From assembly GCA_046290225.1 (NCBI GenBank), contig JBKAGE010000047.1, positions 1-64,000 of the forward strand: 64,000 bases of DNA, given 5' to 3'. Positions 47,879 to 57,282 of the stretch are shown piece by piece. The notes beneath the pieces are model-generated. The model did not search any database. It was not told where the DNA came from and saw only the letters and a program-made list of their open reading frames with translations. The translations under genes were made by a program, and so were the position numbers. The DNA comes from Bradymonadia bacterium. Its GTDB lineage: Bacteria > Myxococcota_A > Bradymonadia > UBA7976 > UBA1532. Numbering within the stretch: position 1 is the stretch's first letter; each line of letters begins with the position of its first letter.

Positions 47879-49007
47879 TCTCACACCGACTCGACCGCTT
47901 CAGCACGAACTCGTCGATGATCCCCGGTGGCCTGACATTGCCCGTGAAGGTTCTGTGTGCTGTGAGGACGAGACGTTCGGGGCCAACATCCACCTGTACG
48001 AAATGGTGAGATCCCGAGAAGACTCGGCTGGCTCGCCCGTCAGCCTCGGCCACCTCTGAATCCACTTTGAACGACAACCCTGGTACCGGCACCGTGAAGG
48101 TCGCGGCGCCCCCAGTGACGACATAGAGGGTGCCCTCATCGTGACATCGCTCAGGACCCAGGCCACGGCTCCGGCAAAACCGCTCGTAGTCGTGATCATG
48201 GCCGCTCAGCACCAGATCAACGCCTCCCCGATCGATGAGGGGCACGATCTGCGCGTTGAGCCCACGCTCGTCGCTCCCATGGTTGCCCCGTGACCAGATG
48301 GGCCGATGGGTGACCAGGATCCGCCACCGCTCAGCGGGTACGCTCAAGGCTGCTTTCAGTGCAGGCAACATCTCCTCGGTGGAGGCTTCGGTGTTCACCC
48401 CGATGATCTCCACGGGGCCCCATCGCCATACGAAGACCGGCCGGGGATCGTATCCGAGGGCTTCATAGAGGCCGCCGCGATCGTGATTGCCCTTTACGGG
48501 GAGCACAGGAGGCCACGGCGGCAGGCTCAACAACCACTGGCGCCACTCTTGGGGATCCCGCCCCCGCTTCACCAAATCTCCGGTGTTGATGACGAGATCG
48601 GGCTGGTGGCCCAGGGCCTCGCTCAAAATACCGCGCCAACCAGCGGAGGGACCCACGCCATTGACGGCGGCGCGACCATCACCGAGGGCGATGAGGCGCA
48701 CGTGAGCACACGCATCATCGATCTGTGCAGGCACAGTGAAGTGCCGCGCCCCAACGCGCACATCGTGGGGCTGACGCCCATCGAGGCTCAACGGGCTTCG
48801 GCGTTGTTCAAGCCTCTGTCCATCGACGCTGACATCGCCTGTCCCCATCCACCTGATCTGCCATCGCTCCGGGCCATCTGGCAACGTGCGTACACCCCAG
48901 ACTTGGGCATTGCCCCAGGCAGGCCACAGCATCATCGACCACCACCAGACCAGCCGGATGGTGATTTGACTGCGGGTGTGACACCCTCTGCGGCATTTTC
49001 CACCCAT
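47844..49007 (-). CDS. metallophosphoesterase (purple acid phosphatase-like)
   Basis: ALGD, TGDLV, GNHD, HRP, SGHDHDYER; start uncertain. Confidence 0.85.
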   Translation of the reverse strand: MGGKCRRGCHTRSQITIRLVWWWSMMLWPAWGNAQVWGVRTLPDGPERWQIRWMGTGDVSVDGQRLEQRRSPLSLDGRQPHDVRVGARHFTVPAQIDDACAHVRLIALGDGRAAVNGVGPSAGWRGILSEALGHQPDLVINTGDLVKRGRDPQEWRQWLLSLPPWPPVLPVKGNHDRGGLYEALGYDPRPVFVWRWGPVEIIGVNTEASTEEMLPALKAALSVPAERWRILVTHRPIWSRGNHGSDERGLNAQIVPLIDRGGVDLVLSGHDHDYERFCRSRGLGPERCHDEGTLYVVTGGAATFTVPVPGLSFKVDSEVAEADGRASRVFSGSHHFVQVDVGPERLVLTAHRTFTGNVRPPGIIDEFVLKRSSRCEITRPRRGSSRP

Positions 49008-49020
49008 ATGGAGCCCTGGG

Positions 49021-50535
49021 ATGGCGGAGCGAGACGAGGCGACCACGGCAGGCAGAGGCTTCCTGGTCATCACCGGCGCCAAGCTGTGGTTCATGGTGGG
49101 CGGGGCCCTCATCACCTTCGGGCTGCCCAAGCTGCTCGACGCCGCAGGGTATGGTCAATACACCGATCTGAACAACACCCTGAGCATCTTGAGCATGATG
49201 GTGATCACCGGCGGACTGCAGGCGATCGCCAAGTTCGTCGCCGAGACACCTGAGGCCGCTGGTGGTGTGGCCCGGCAAGGGCTGAAGTTGATGGCCCTGG
49301 TGGGTGTGCTCGTCGGGGGCGGTGTCGCCCTCGCGGCCCCCTGGCTCGCAGAGTGGCGCAGTACGCCTGAGTTGACGATGGGCTATGTGGCCGCTGGTGG
49401 AGTGCTCTTCTGCTACAGCCTCTACACGGTCTTCATCGGCGTGCTCAACGGGCGAAAAGCCTTTACCCGACAGGCCCTCTTCGACGTGACCTTCACCACC
49501 TTGAAGGCGACCCTGATTCTGGGCTTCGCTGCAGCAGGCTTCGGGGTGCTGGGGGCCTTCTCGGGTTTTGCCCTGGCGGCGGCGTTGATCCTGGTGCTGG
49601 CGGTTCTGCGCGTGGGCCCCACCCTCGGGGATGGCCCCAAACAGCCCAAGCTGGTGTCCTTCGCGCTGCAGGTGATGCTCTACACCCTCGTGTTCAACCT
49701 CATCTTCAAGCTCGATGTGCTCTGGCTGAAGCCCACGGCCCTGGAGACGCTGGGCACGACCGACCTGGCCGACGCTCTGGTGGGCCGCTACGGCCTGGCG
49801 GTGCAGCTGAGTCGCCTGCCCTGGCAAGCGACGCTGGCGATTACCTTCGTGATCTTCCCCATGGTGAGCGCGGCGACGTTCCAGAACGATCTCGACCGCA
49901 CCCGCCTCTACATCCGAGAGACATTGCGCTATGGCGCGCTGCTCGTGGCGGTGGCTTCGGTGGTGTTGTCGGCGCTCCCCGAGGTCTGGGTCTCGCTCTG
50001 GGGCCCAGATTATGCGCAAGCAGCGGTGGCCCTGGCCTGGACCGCCCCGGCGTACTTCCTGTTCAGCATCTTCAACCTCATCAACACGCTGCTGACTTCG
50101 GCAGGCCGCGCAGGCTGGGTGCTGGGCATCGGCTCGGTAACGGCTCTCGTGGCGACGGCACTGTATGGCCTCTTGCTGCCCATGGCTGCTGACGAGGAGG
50201 CCCTTCTGATGATGGCAGGGATGGCAACATCGGGGGCCTTCGTAGTGGGCCTCGCGCTGGGCGCAGGGGCGCTCTGGCGTTTGTACGGCTCGCCTTTTGT
50301 GGTGGGCACCTATGCCCGCGTGGTGCTCTGGGGTGGGGCGCTGGTGGTGGGCTGCCGCCTGCTGGTGCAAGCGCCCCTGGTGTCATGGCTGTCGAGCCAC
50401 TCGGGTCTGTTGTCCGTCGCGGTCATTGGCGCCTCGGCGGTGGTGATCGCGGTGGTGTTCGTAGTGGGCTTGTGGGGACTGCGAGAGTTCAACGATGCGG
50501 ATCGCGCACGCTTTCGGCGAGTGATTGGTCGGTGA
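49021..50535 (+). CDS. polysaccharide flippase (Wzx/MOP superfamily)
   Basis: About 14 TMs; FPMVS; MOP-type layout. Confidence 0.8.
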   Translation: MAERDEATTAGRGFLVITGAKLWFMVGGALITFGLPKLLDAAGYGQYTDLNNTLSILSMMVITGGLQAIAKFVAETPEAAGGVARQGLKLMALVGVLVGGGVALAAPWLAEWRSTPELTMGYVAAGGVLFCYSLYTVFIGVLNGRKAFTRQALFDVTFTTLKATLILGFAAAGFGVLGAFSGFALAAALILVLAVLRVGPTLGDGPKQPKLVSFALQVMLYTLVFNLIFKLDVLWLKPTALETLGTTDLADALVGRYGLAVQLSRLPWQATLAITFVIFPMVSAATFQNDLDRTRLYIRETLRYGALLVAVASVVLSALPEVWVSLWGPDYAQAAVALAWTAPAYFLFSIFNLINTLLTSAGRAGWVLGIGSVTALVATALYGLLLPMAADEEALLMMAGMATSGAFVVGLALGAGALWRLYGSPFVVGTYARVVLWGGALVVGCRLLVQAPLVSWLSSHSGLLSVAVIGASAVVIAVVFVVGLWGLREFNDADRARFRRVIGR

Positions 50536-50579
50536 GTTCTGGATCGCATTCTCCCACAAGCCATGAAGATGCAGGGCAA

Positions 50580-51035
50580 GGGTTGAGCTGGGCAGTCGCT
50601 GAGGTTGTGGCTGGGCCTTTGTAGGCAGTCATCGCTTCGCTCTGCCTGCGTAGGCGCCGGGCCTTCGGCAGCCCTTCGGGCAACCTCGTCTGGCGCGTAC
50701 ACGTTCAGGCACCTGCTGACGCAGGCACCTTCCCGGGTAGGCAGGGTCGCTCAAGGCTTCGCCTTATTTGCTCGCTCCCCTGCGTAAAGAGCTTCTTCTG
50801 TCTCTTGTTGCTGAACCCCACCGGGATTTGACCTACCGCGAACCTGCAAGCCTCAGAGTGTGAACGTTGGGCGTAAGCCCTAACAACATTGGAAGTAGCC
50901 TGAAGTCACACCTCTCTCACCAAACGCCACGTAACGGCCCCTCGGAGGGGCGGAGGCCACGTGAGTGGTCGACTGGGTTGTGAGGTGTGGTGATTGGGTG
51001 GTGATTCACCCGCAGGCGATGCCAAAGCATCGTCG
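50580..51035. ncRNA. large structured non-coding element of unknown class
   Basis: 577-bp gap between convergent genes with nested stems, cUUCGg and GNRA-type loops and a long-range stem 50599-610/50844-856. Confidence 0.55.
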
Positions 51036-51112
51036 AGGAGGGAAGCGCCGGCCAAGCGCCGCAGATCGCAGCACAGGCGGCCGCTCACGGGGCCGGAGCC
51101 CCGGAGCCAAAC

Positions 51113-51649
51113 TCAGAACGGAATCGGATCGTCATCGAAGTCGTTGGAAGGGGGCGGGTTGTTCCGACCGCCACCACCACCGCCACGGTTGCCACCGCCG
51201 CCGTAGTTACCACCGCCGCCGCGACCACCGCCGCCACCGCCGCCGTAGTTACCACCGCCGCCGCGACCACCATCGCCGCCACCGCCGCCGTAGTTGCCGC
51301 CGCCACCACCGCCGCCGTTGCCGCCGGAGAGGAAGACCACCTTGTTGGCCCGGACGTCCCAGGCGCGGCGGTTGATGCCCTCTTTGTCAGTGTATTCGCG
51401 GCTCTGCAGCCGACCCTCGATGTAGACCTGACGGCCCTTGCTCAAGTACTCCTTGCACAGCTCCGCCTGCTTGCCCCAGACGCTCACACTGTGCCACTCG
51501 GTCTTCTCTTGACGGTTGCCCTGCTTGTCAGTCCAGGACTCGCTTGTGGCGATCCGCAGACTGGCCACGGGGGTCTCGTCTTGCATGTAACGGACTTCGG
51601 GGTCCGCACCCAAATTGCCGACCAGAATCACCTTGTTTACACCGGCCAT
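51113..51649 (-). CDS. ssb: single-stranded DNA-binding protein
   Basis: [26 protein letters not shown], Gly-rich tail, DDDPIPF. Confidence 0.97.
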   Translation of the reverse strand: MAGVNKVILVGNLGADPEVRYMQDETPVASLRIATSESWTDKQGNRQEKTEWHSVSVWGKQAELCKEYLSKGRQVYIEGRLQSREYTDKEGINRRAWDVRANKVVFLSGGNGGGGGGGNYGGGGGDGGRGGGGNYGGGGGGGRGGGGNYGGGGNRGGGGGGRNNPPPSNDFDDDPIPF

Positions 51650-51900
51650 TCTATTTCTCCTTATTGCCTGGTCGCGCTCCATCGTCGTGACGAAGAGCAA
51701 GATTGCGCACGGAATTGCACCTGTCAATCCCGCGAAACAGCAAAAAAACATTTGGCTCATACTGCACGGATGTTGCGATGTTTTTACCAAGTAAAATCGA
51801 CCTGCCCCCCTCTCGGAGGGGTAAATCGACCGTGGTAAAAAAGCCCGCCAGTGCGCCAATCATTGAAGTTTCTGGCCACTCAGCTAAATTGGCTCCCCGT

Positions 51901-53133
51901 ATGTCCCGCCCAGCGCCCATTCGCACCGTTGATCACCCGATCACCCCCGAGCAGATCGACGAAGACGCCGCCAAGGTGCTCCGTCGTCTCAACCAGTTCG
52001 GCCACGAGGCCTTTCTCGTCGGTGGTGGCGTTCGTGATTTGATGCTCGGCATTCAGCCGAAAGACTACGACGTCGTCACCAGCGCCACGCCGAACGAGGT
52101 CCGAGATCTGTTCAACAACTGCCGGCTCATCGGTCGGCGGTTCCGCCTCGCCCATATTCTGTTCAGCGGCGGCAAGATCATCGAGTGTGCCACCTTCAGG
52201 GCCAAGCCACCGGAGACCTCTCGGGGCGATCTGATCGTCGACGACAACGAGTTCGGCACCCCGGACACCGACGCTCAACGACGGGACTTCACCGTCAACG
52301 GCCTCTTCTATGATCAGCAGACCACCCAGGTGATCGACTACGTGGGTGGGCTGCACGATCTCGAGCGTCGTGTGTTGTGCACCATCGGCGAGCCTGCAGT
52401 TCGGTTCCGAGAAGACCCGGTGCGCATGCTCCGTGCCGTGAAGTTCATGGCCCGCCTCGATCTCGATCTCGACCCCGCCAACCGGGCAGCCATCGAATCT
52501 GAGCGTACCGAGCTCACCAAGTCGGCCATCCCCAGGCTGTACGAAGAGATCATCCGCATGCTCAAGGGTGGCGCAGCGGCGCGATCCTTCGAGTTGCTCG
52601 AAGAGCTGGGCTTGCTGGAGCTGATGCTGCCCGAGTTCTCAGGGTGGCTCCGGGGCAACCCTGGGGCCCCTGAAGCCCTCAAGCGCACACTCGGCGCACT
52701 CGATGACGCGATCCGTCAAGGCGCCAGCGCCTCCAATGGCATGCTCATCACCGCGCTGTACTGGCCCATCTATCGCGATCTCGTGTCGCCCTACGCCGAG
52801 GGGGCCAACCCCAAGGCCATGGCCGAGATGGCCCAGATCCTCGTCTCCCCAGCAGCTGCGCGGCTGCGGATGCCTCGGCGCGACCTCTTCGCCGTCATCA
52901 ACGCCCTCGAGCGTCAATACCGACATCATCAGGTGCTCAAGAAGAAGGGGCGCCGGGTCTCCTTCGTGCGGGAGCAATCCTTCCCCGAGTTCATCGGGTT
53001 GCTCCATCTACGCACTGTGTCGGAGGGGCTGCCCCAAGAGCCTCTTCAGGCGTGGCAGGATCTCGCTCTGGAGCATCGACGCCCCGAGCAGCACCGCCCA
53101 CGGCGTGGGCGACGGCGTCCTCGTCGACGCTGA
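51901..53133 (+). CDS. pcnB: poly(A) polymerase I
   Basis: VGGGVRD, KDYDV, LIGRRFRLAHI PAP signature, RRDFTVN, EDPVRMLRA. Confidence 0.9.
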   Translation: MSRPAPIRTVDHPITPEQIDEDAAKVLRRLNQFGHEAFLVGGGVRDLMLGIQPKDYDVVTSATPNEVRDLFNNCRLIGRRFRLAHILFSGGKIIECATFRAKPPETSRGDLIVDDNEFGTPDTDAQRRDFTVNGLFYDQQTTQVIDYVGGLHDLERRVLCTIGEPAVRFREDPVRMLRAVKFMARLDLDLDPANRAAIESERTELTKSAIPRLYEEIIRMLKGGAAARSFELLEELGLLELMLPEFSGWLRGNPGAPEALKRTLGALDDAIRQGASASNGMLITALYWPIYRDLVSPYAEGANPKAMAEMAQILVSPAAARLRMPRRDLFAVINALERQYRHHQVLKKKGRRVSFVREQSFPEFIGLLHLRTVSEGLPQEPLQAWQDLALEHRRPEQHRPRRGRRRPRRR

Positions 53134-53175
53134 CTCACTGACTGCACATTCGAGCCTCAGGGGCTGGAGACATTC

Positions 53176-53643
53176 TCAGCCCAGATCGGCGAGGACCGTC
53201 GTGGCGTGGTCCACCACCGAGACGTCGGGGTAGACCTTGGCCACCACCTTGTCCTTGATCACGTAGGTGGTCCGGGCGATGCCCATGAAGGTGTGCCCCT
53301 GCCAGCTCTGCTGGCCCCACACGCCAAAGGCATCACAGAGGGTGTGCTCCGGATCCGCGATCAGCGGGAAGTTCAGGTTGAACTTGTCGCGGAAGGCCTG
53401 GTGGCTCTCCACCGAGTCGGCGCTGATCCCATAAATCACCACGCCCTTGTCGGTATAGGCCGAGAGGTTGTCTCGGAAGTCACACGACTCTTTGGTGCAC
53501 CCGGGGGTGTCGTCCTTCGGATAGAAGTAGAGCACCACCGTACGATCAGCGAAGTCGTCGTCGGTCACGGTCTGGCCATGATCATCGAGCAACGAAAAAG
53601 AGGGCAGCGGATCACCAGGGCTCAACAGGCCACGCTCGGACAT
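53176..53643 (-). CDS. bcp: peroxiredoxin Bcp/PrxQ
   Basis: YFYPKDDTPGCTKESCDFRD; GAGGAG RBS before ATG 53643. Confidence 0.9.
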   Translation of the reverse strand: MSERGLLSPGDPLPSFSLLDDHGQTVTDDDFADRTVVLYFYPKDDTPGCTKESCDFRDNLSAYTDKGVVIYGISADSVESHQAFRDKFNLNFPLIADPEHTLCDAFGVWGQQSWQGHTFMGIARTTYVIKDKVVAKVYPDVSVVDHATTVLADLG

Positions 53644-55896
53644 TTCGATCTCCTCGTCGAGGGAAGGGATTGCGGCCGCCGGCGCGTACGCCACCATCGA
53701 CGCACTGGCAGGGGCCGGCAGGCCGTACAACACAGACACACAGGACTCGATCTCGCCGCGCAGCCGACGCGCTTCTGCACGGCCTTCAACGAGATGAGCA
53801 GGTGCTTCGGGATCTGATTCGGGCCACCCCTGCTTGATCAGGCGCCTCGACAAGCGCGCTCTGGCAGTGACGTCGCCTTCGGGGAGCCTCGAGAGCACCT
53901 CGGCCTGGATCGCCTCGAAGCACTCGGCCTCCAAAGCCTGAAGCCGCAACGCCTGATCACTCAGAGCATGCAGACGCACATCTCGAGGGGCCACCGGAGG
54001 CAGGGGTAAACGCCGCAACTCGCCCAGCTTCAGCTGTGGGAACAAACGATCATCCGCCTGATGACGCGCTCGGAGCAGCCGTGTCACCGCCTCACTGCAG
54101 ATGATGGCCAGCAGCGCCCCTGGCGGCCAGGGCTGGCCCTCGAGCAGCCGGGCGATGTACACCGACTGATCACAGCACAGCGGATCTTCGGTGTAGGCCG
54201 CGCAGAGGGTCTCCCCGAGCACCTTACGGACCAACAACCGGGGCCCCTCGAAAAAGCGTGGATCTCGCGGCTCTTTGAGCCAGGGCCCATAACTCAACCA
54301 GTACCGCCCTGTGAGCCAAAGACGATATGCCCCCAACTCCCGCCCTCTCAGCTCGGGCACGTAAGTGTCGTTGACGGCGTGATCAGCGTGATGCACACGG
54401 GCAGCGATTTGCTCGGGTGTGTGGGTGGTTCGGTGGTAGGGGTTCACGCCCCGGGTCAGCTCGGCAACGTCACCAAGGGTGACGCGCCAATGCCGGCTGC
54501 GGACCAACATGGACGCCGTCTCTGCATCTCTGGAGAGCGGCAACGGCGCCTCGGGACGCTCGGGGGTCACGATGAGGGAGCCACGGGCCGTGGGTGCCAT
54601 CTCGACATCTTCAGCATCTGGCGCCCAGCCCAGTACAGGGATCGATGGGCCTGTCCGGCCGCCCGCCTGAACCCGAACCACCACAGTCTCCACCCCAGCG
54701 CCGAAGACCGACTGCGGCAGCTCGAGCACCTCAGTGGTGGTGTGCTCCCCCACCAGCAGTCGACGCAGACGCCCCGCCTTGAGGTTGCTCATCCATGCGT
54801 TGGGCACCACCATCGCCAGCGTGCCCCCAGGCTTCAGACATTCGAGGCCCAGCTCGAGGAACAGCGCATAGGGGTCGAGCTGATATTCGGCCACCTCGAA
54901 GGTTTGCCGGTAGAGCTCGTCCGCCGCTGGCAGCGGCCCATGACGCCCACCGCGATAAGGCGGGTTTCCGATGACCACATCGAAGGGGGTAGGCATCAAC
55001 AGATCGAGATCGACGGGCTCGAAAGACAGCGCCTCCTCTCCATCTTCCGAGGTCTCGTCAGCTTTGAGATGGGGCGCGACAAGCGCACGCCGGCCGCGAA
55101 AGAGCGCCGCCTGCCTCACCCGCCACCCACGCATGCGGGCGCGACGGGCCCGTGGATCACCATCGAGGGCAGGCCGAGGCGGCGGAGGGGGCGCGAAGAG
55201 CCCGAGCTGGTCACGGGCGCGACCACGCTCTCGTCGAGCAGCGGCGAGGCCCAACAAGGGATCACCGGCCTCGATGTTCACGTCGATGGCCACCTCGAAA
55301 CGCCTCGGCGTCGCACAGGCCAGGTGAACGGCTGCCTGACAGATGGCCACCGCCAGTGGATCCGCATCTACGCCGTACAGGCAACGCTCGGCGATCTCCG
55401 CCCGTTGGGGTGAGGGTGGCCCTGGGGCGATGCGATCCAGCGCTCCGAGCAAGAACCGCCCGCCACCACAGGCAGGATCGAGGATCTGTGCCTCGGCGCT
55501 CAACTCTGCCGGGAGCGCGTGCATCACCCAGGCTCTGGGGGTGTAGAAGCGGCCCACCTGCTTGCGGGTGCTCGACGCGCCCAACGTGCCGTACACATCA
55601 CCGAGCACGCCTGGATCTACGCTCGCCTCGCCGATGGGACCCACGCCTTCATCGGCGCCCTTGCACAGCACCTCGAGCACCCGCTCGATGACTGGTCCTT
55701 CGAGAGGCACCGGATCGACGTAGAGCGCCGAGGGCACCCCCTCGGCCATGCGGGCCGCCGCAGTGAGCCACCACGCCGCCAGATCGCCCTCTGGTGCAGG
55801 CACGAGGCCGCGATGAGCCGCAGTGGCCGTAGCCCACAGGCCCATGAGCGACCGCAGATCGCCGTCGACTTCATCGAGGGTCCATTGAGGGATCAT
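53176..55896 (-). CDS. N6-adenine DNA methyltransferase (Eco57I/TaqI-like), ORF continues in frame into bcp
   Basis: G.FYTP, ILDPACGGGRFL, VIGNPPY, TaqI_C-like region, VLYGL; no stop before bcp. Confidence 0.8.
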   Translation of the reverse strand: MIPQWTLDEVDGDLRSLMGLWATATAAHRGLVPAPEGDLAAWWLTAAARMAEGVPSALYVDPVPLEGPVIERVLEVLCKGADEGVGPIGEASVDPGVLGDVYGTLGASSTRKQVGRFYTPRAWVMHALPAELSAEAQILDPACGGGRFLLGALDRIAPGPPSPQRAEIAERCLYGVDADPLAVAICQAAVHLACATPRRFEVAIDVNIEAGDPLLGLAAARRERGRARDQLGLFAPPPPPRPALDGDPRARRARMRGWRVRQAALFRGRRALVAPHLKADETSEDGEEALSFEPVDLDLLMPTPFDVVIGNPPYRGGRHGPLPAADELYRQTFEVAEYQLDPYALFLELGLECLKPGGTLAMVVPNAWMSNLKAGRLRRLLVGEHTTTEVLELPQSVFGAGVETVVVRVQAGGRTGPSIPVLGWAPDAEDVEMAPTARGSLIVTPERPEAPLPLSRDAETASMLVRSRHWRVTLGDVAELTRGVNPYHRTTHTPEQIAARVHHADHAVNDTYVPELRGRELGAYRLWLTGRYWLSYGPWLKEPRDPRFFEGPRLLVRKVLGETLCAAYTEDPLCCDQSVYIARLLEGQPWPPGALLAIICSEAVTRLLRARHQADDRLFPQLKLGELRRLPLPPVAPRDVRLHALSDQALRLQALEAECFEAIQAEVLSRLPEGDVTARARLSRRLIKQGWPESDPEAPAHLVEGRAEARRLRGEIESCVSVLYGLPAPASASMVAYAPAAAIPSLDEEIEMSERGLLSPGDPLPSFSLLDDHGQTVTDDDFADRTVVLYFYPKDDTPGCTKESCDFRDNLSAYTDKGVVIYGISADSVESHQAFRDKFNLNFPLIADPEHTLCDAFGVWGQQSWQGHTFMGIARTTYVIKDKVVAKVYPDVSVVDHATTVLADLG

Positions 55897-56024
55897 GGAG
55901 GGCACGTTGAGCCATGGGCTGGTCCAGAGCAAGAGGGATCGTGAGAGGAGCGGTGACCCAAAAGGGGAAACCTTGGTACACTCCGGCCGTCGTAGACCAC
56001 TGCAGTACACGGGGAGACATCGGA

Positions 56025-57275
56025 GTGCGCCCGACAACAGCCATCTTCAGCCTCATCCTGGCCATCGGGGTGAGCGCCCCTGTAGAGCACGCCCACAGCC
56101 AGGGCGGCAGCGCAGCCCTGCCTCAAGGGCAGCTCAAAGGCCGCATCAAGAGCGACTTCTCCGAGGTCCGCGCAGGCCCGGGGGCGGTGTACCTGAGCCG
56201 CGGGCGGGTCTACCAGGGCGATCTCGTCGACATTCGTCGCCGCAGCGACAACGGTGAGTGGATGGAGGTCGTCGGCGGCGGTGTCCAGGGTTGGGTGCGC
56301 AGCCGCTACGTCGAGCTGCTCGGCGCCGGAGAGCAGGCCAAGGCCATGGGCAGTGGCACAGCCACGGGCAAAGATCGACGCCAGAACAACTATGGGTACG
56401 ACGATCGAGGCCGCCGCGTGGGTTCAGATGGCCGGCCCGTGGGCTCGGGCGAAGGCACCGACGGCTTCGACGAGACCACCATCGAAGGCGACAGCTTGTC
56501 CGACTTCGGTGACGACGGCCCTGCCACGGTCTCCATCGGCGTCTCCCTCGGCGCAGCGCAGGTCCGACGCAACTTCGCCAGCAACATCTCGGTGGTGAAC
56601 AACGAGGTCAACAACTCGCTGCTGCAGAGCGCCACAGCGGCGCCCACGGGCTACACCCTGGGTCTCGACTTCGGCTGGAACGCTCACAAGCACTTCATGG
56701 TGCGCTCGAACTTCGTCGCCACCCTGCTCGCCGAGCTGACCATCCCTGCCAACCCCGACCAGAACATCGACAACCCGGTGCCCATCAAGGTGCAGGCCCT
56801 CAACCTGAGCGTCGACGCCATCGGCCGCTACGACTTCGGCAGCGGCTGGATCGGGCTCTACACCGGCCCCCGGTACTTCCAACACGCCTTCAGAGAGACC
56901 AACCCCCTCATCTTCACCAGCATTGATTATGTGGGTGCAGGCTTCGGCGCCGCTGCAGCCTTCCAGGCCGGGCCCGTGGATTTCGGGCTCTCTGGCGGCT
57001 TGTTCCTGCCCCTCTCCATGAGCCAGGGGCCCGCGGAATCTGGCGACGTGGCCAGCAGCAATGGCTTCGAGGCTCAGGGGCACTTTGCCTGGTCGTTCCA
57101 GAAGGACTTCGCCATCGTGCTCCTCGGATACTTCACCCGTGTGCAGGTGGATTACAGCGGTCGCTCCACACATGGCGACGGCTTCGTCACCCCTGGGACC
57201 GTCTTTACCTACACCGCCGCTCAGGAGACCAACTCCCTCGTCGGCGGCAACCTCGGCTTGCGCTGGCGTCTGTAA
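56025..57275 (+). CDS. SH3-domain outer-membrane beta-barrel-like protein
   Basis: Signal peptide; VRAGPG...GEW..V....QGWV; alternating beta strands ending GLRWRL. Confidence 0.7.
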   Translation: MRPTTAIFSLILAIGVSAPVEHAHSQGGSAALPQGQLKGRIKSDFSEVRAGPGAVYLSRGRVYQGDLVDIRRRSDNGEWMEVVGGGVQGWVRSRYVELLGAGEQAKAMGSGTATGKDRRQNNYGYDDRGRRVGSDGRPVGSGEGTDGFDETTIEGDSLSDFGDDGPATVSIGVSLGAAQVRRNFASNISVVNNEVNNSLLQSATAAPTGYTLGLDFGWNAHKHFMVRSNFVATLLAELTIPANPDQNIDNPVPIKVQALNLSVDAIGRYDFGSGWIGLYTGPRYFQHAFRETNPLIFTSIDYVGAGFGAAAAFQAGPVDFGLSGGLFLPLSMSQGPAESGDVASSNGFEAQGHFAWSFQKDFAIVLLGYFTRVQVDYSGRSTHGDGFVTPGTVFTYTAAQETNSLVGGNLGLRWRL

Positions 57276-57282
57276 AGCCCCC

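Noticed and set aside
50580..50610. RNase P RNA-like start (GGGCAGTCGCTG)
   Set aside because: No GAGGAAAGTCC and no 3' CAGAA..CGGCTTA on either strand
50810..50850. tRNA/tmRNA-like T arm (minus strand GGTCAAATCCC)
   Set aside because: No canonical TTCRA, cloverleaf or CCA acceptor stem
51165..51325. GCC/ACC tandem repeats
   Set aside because: They encode the ordinary Gly-rich SSB linker
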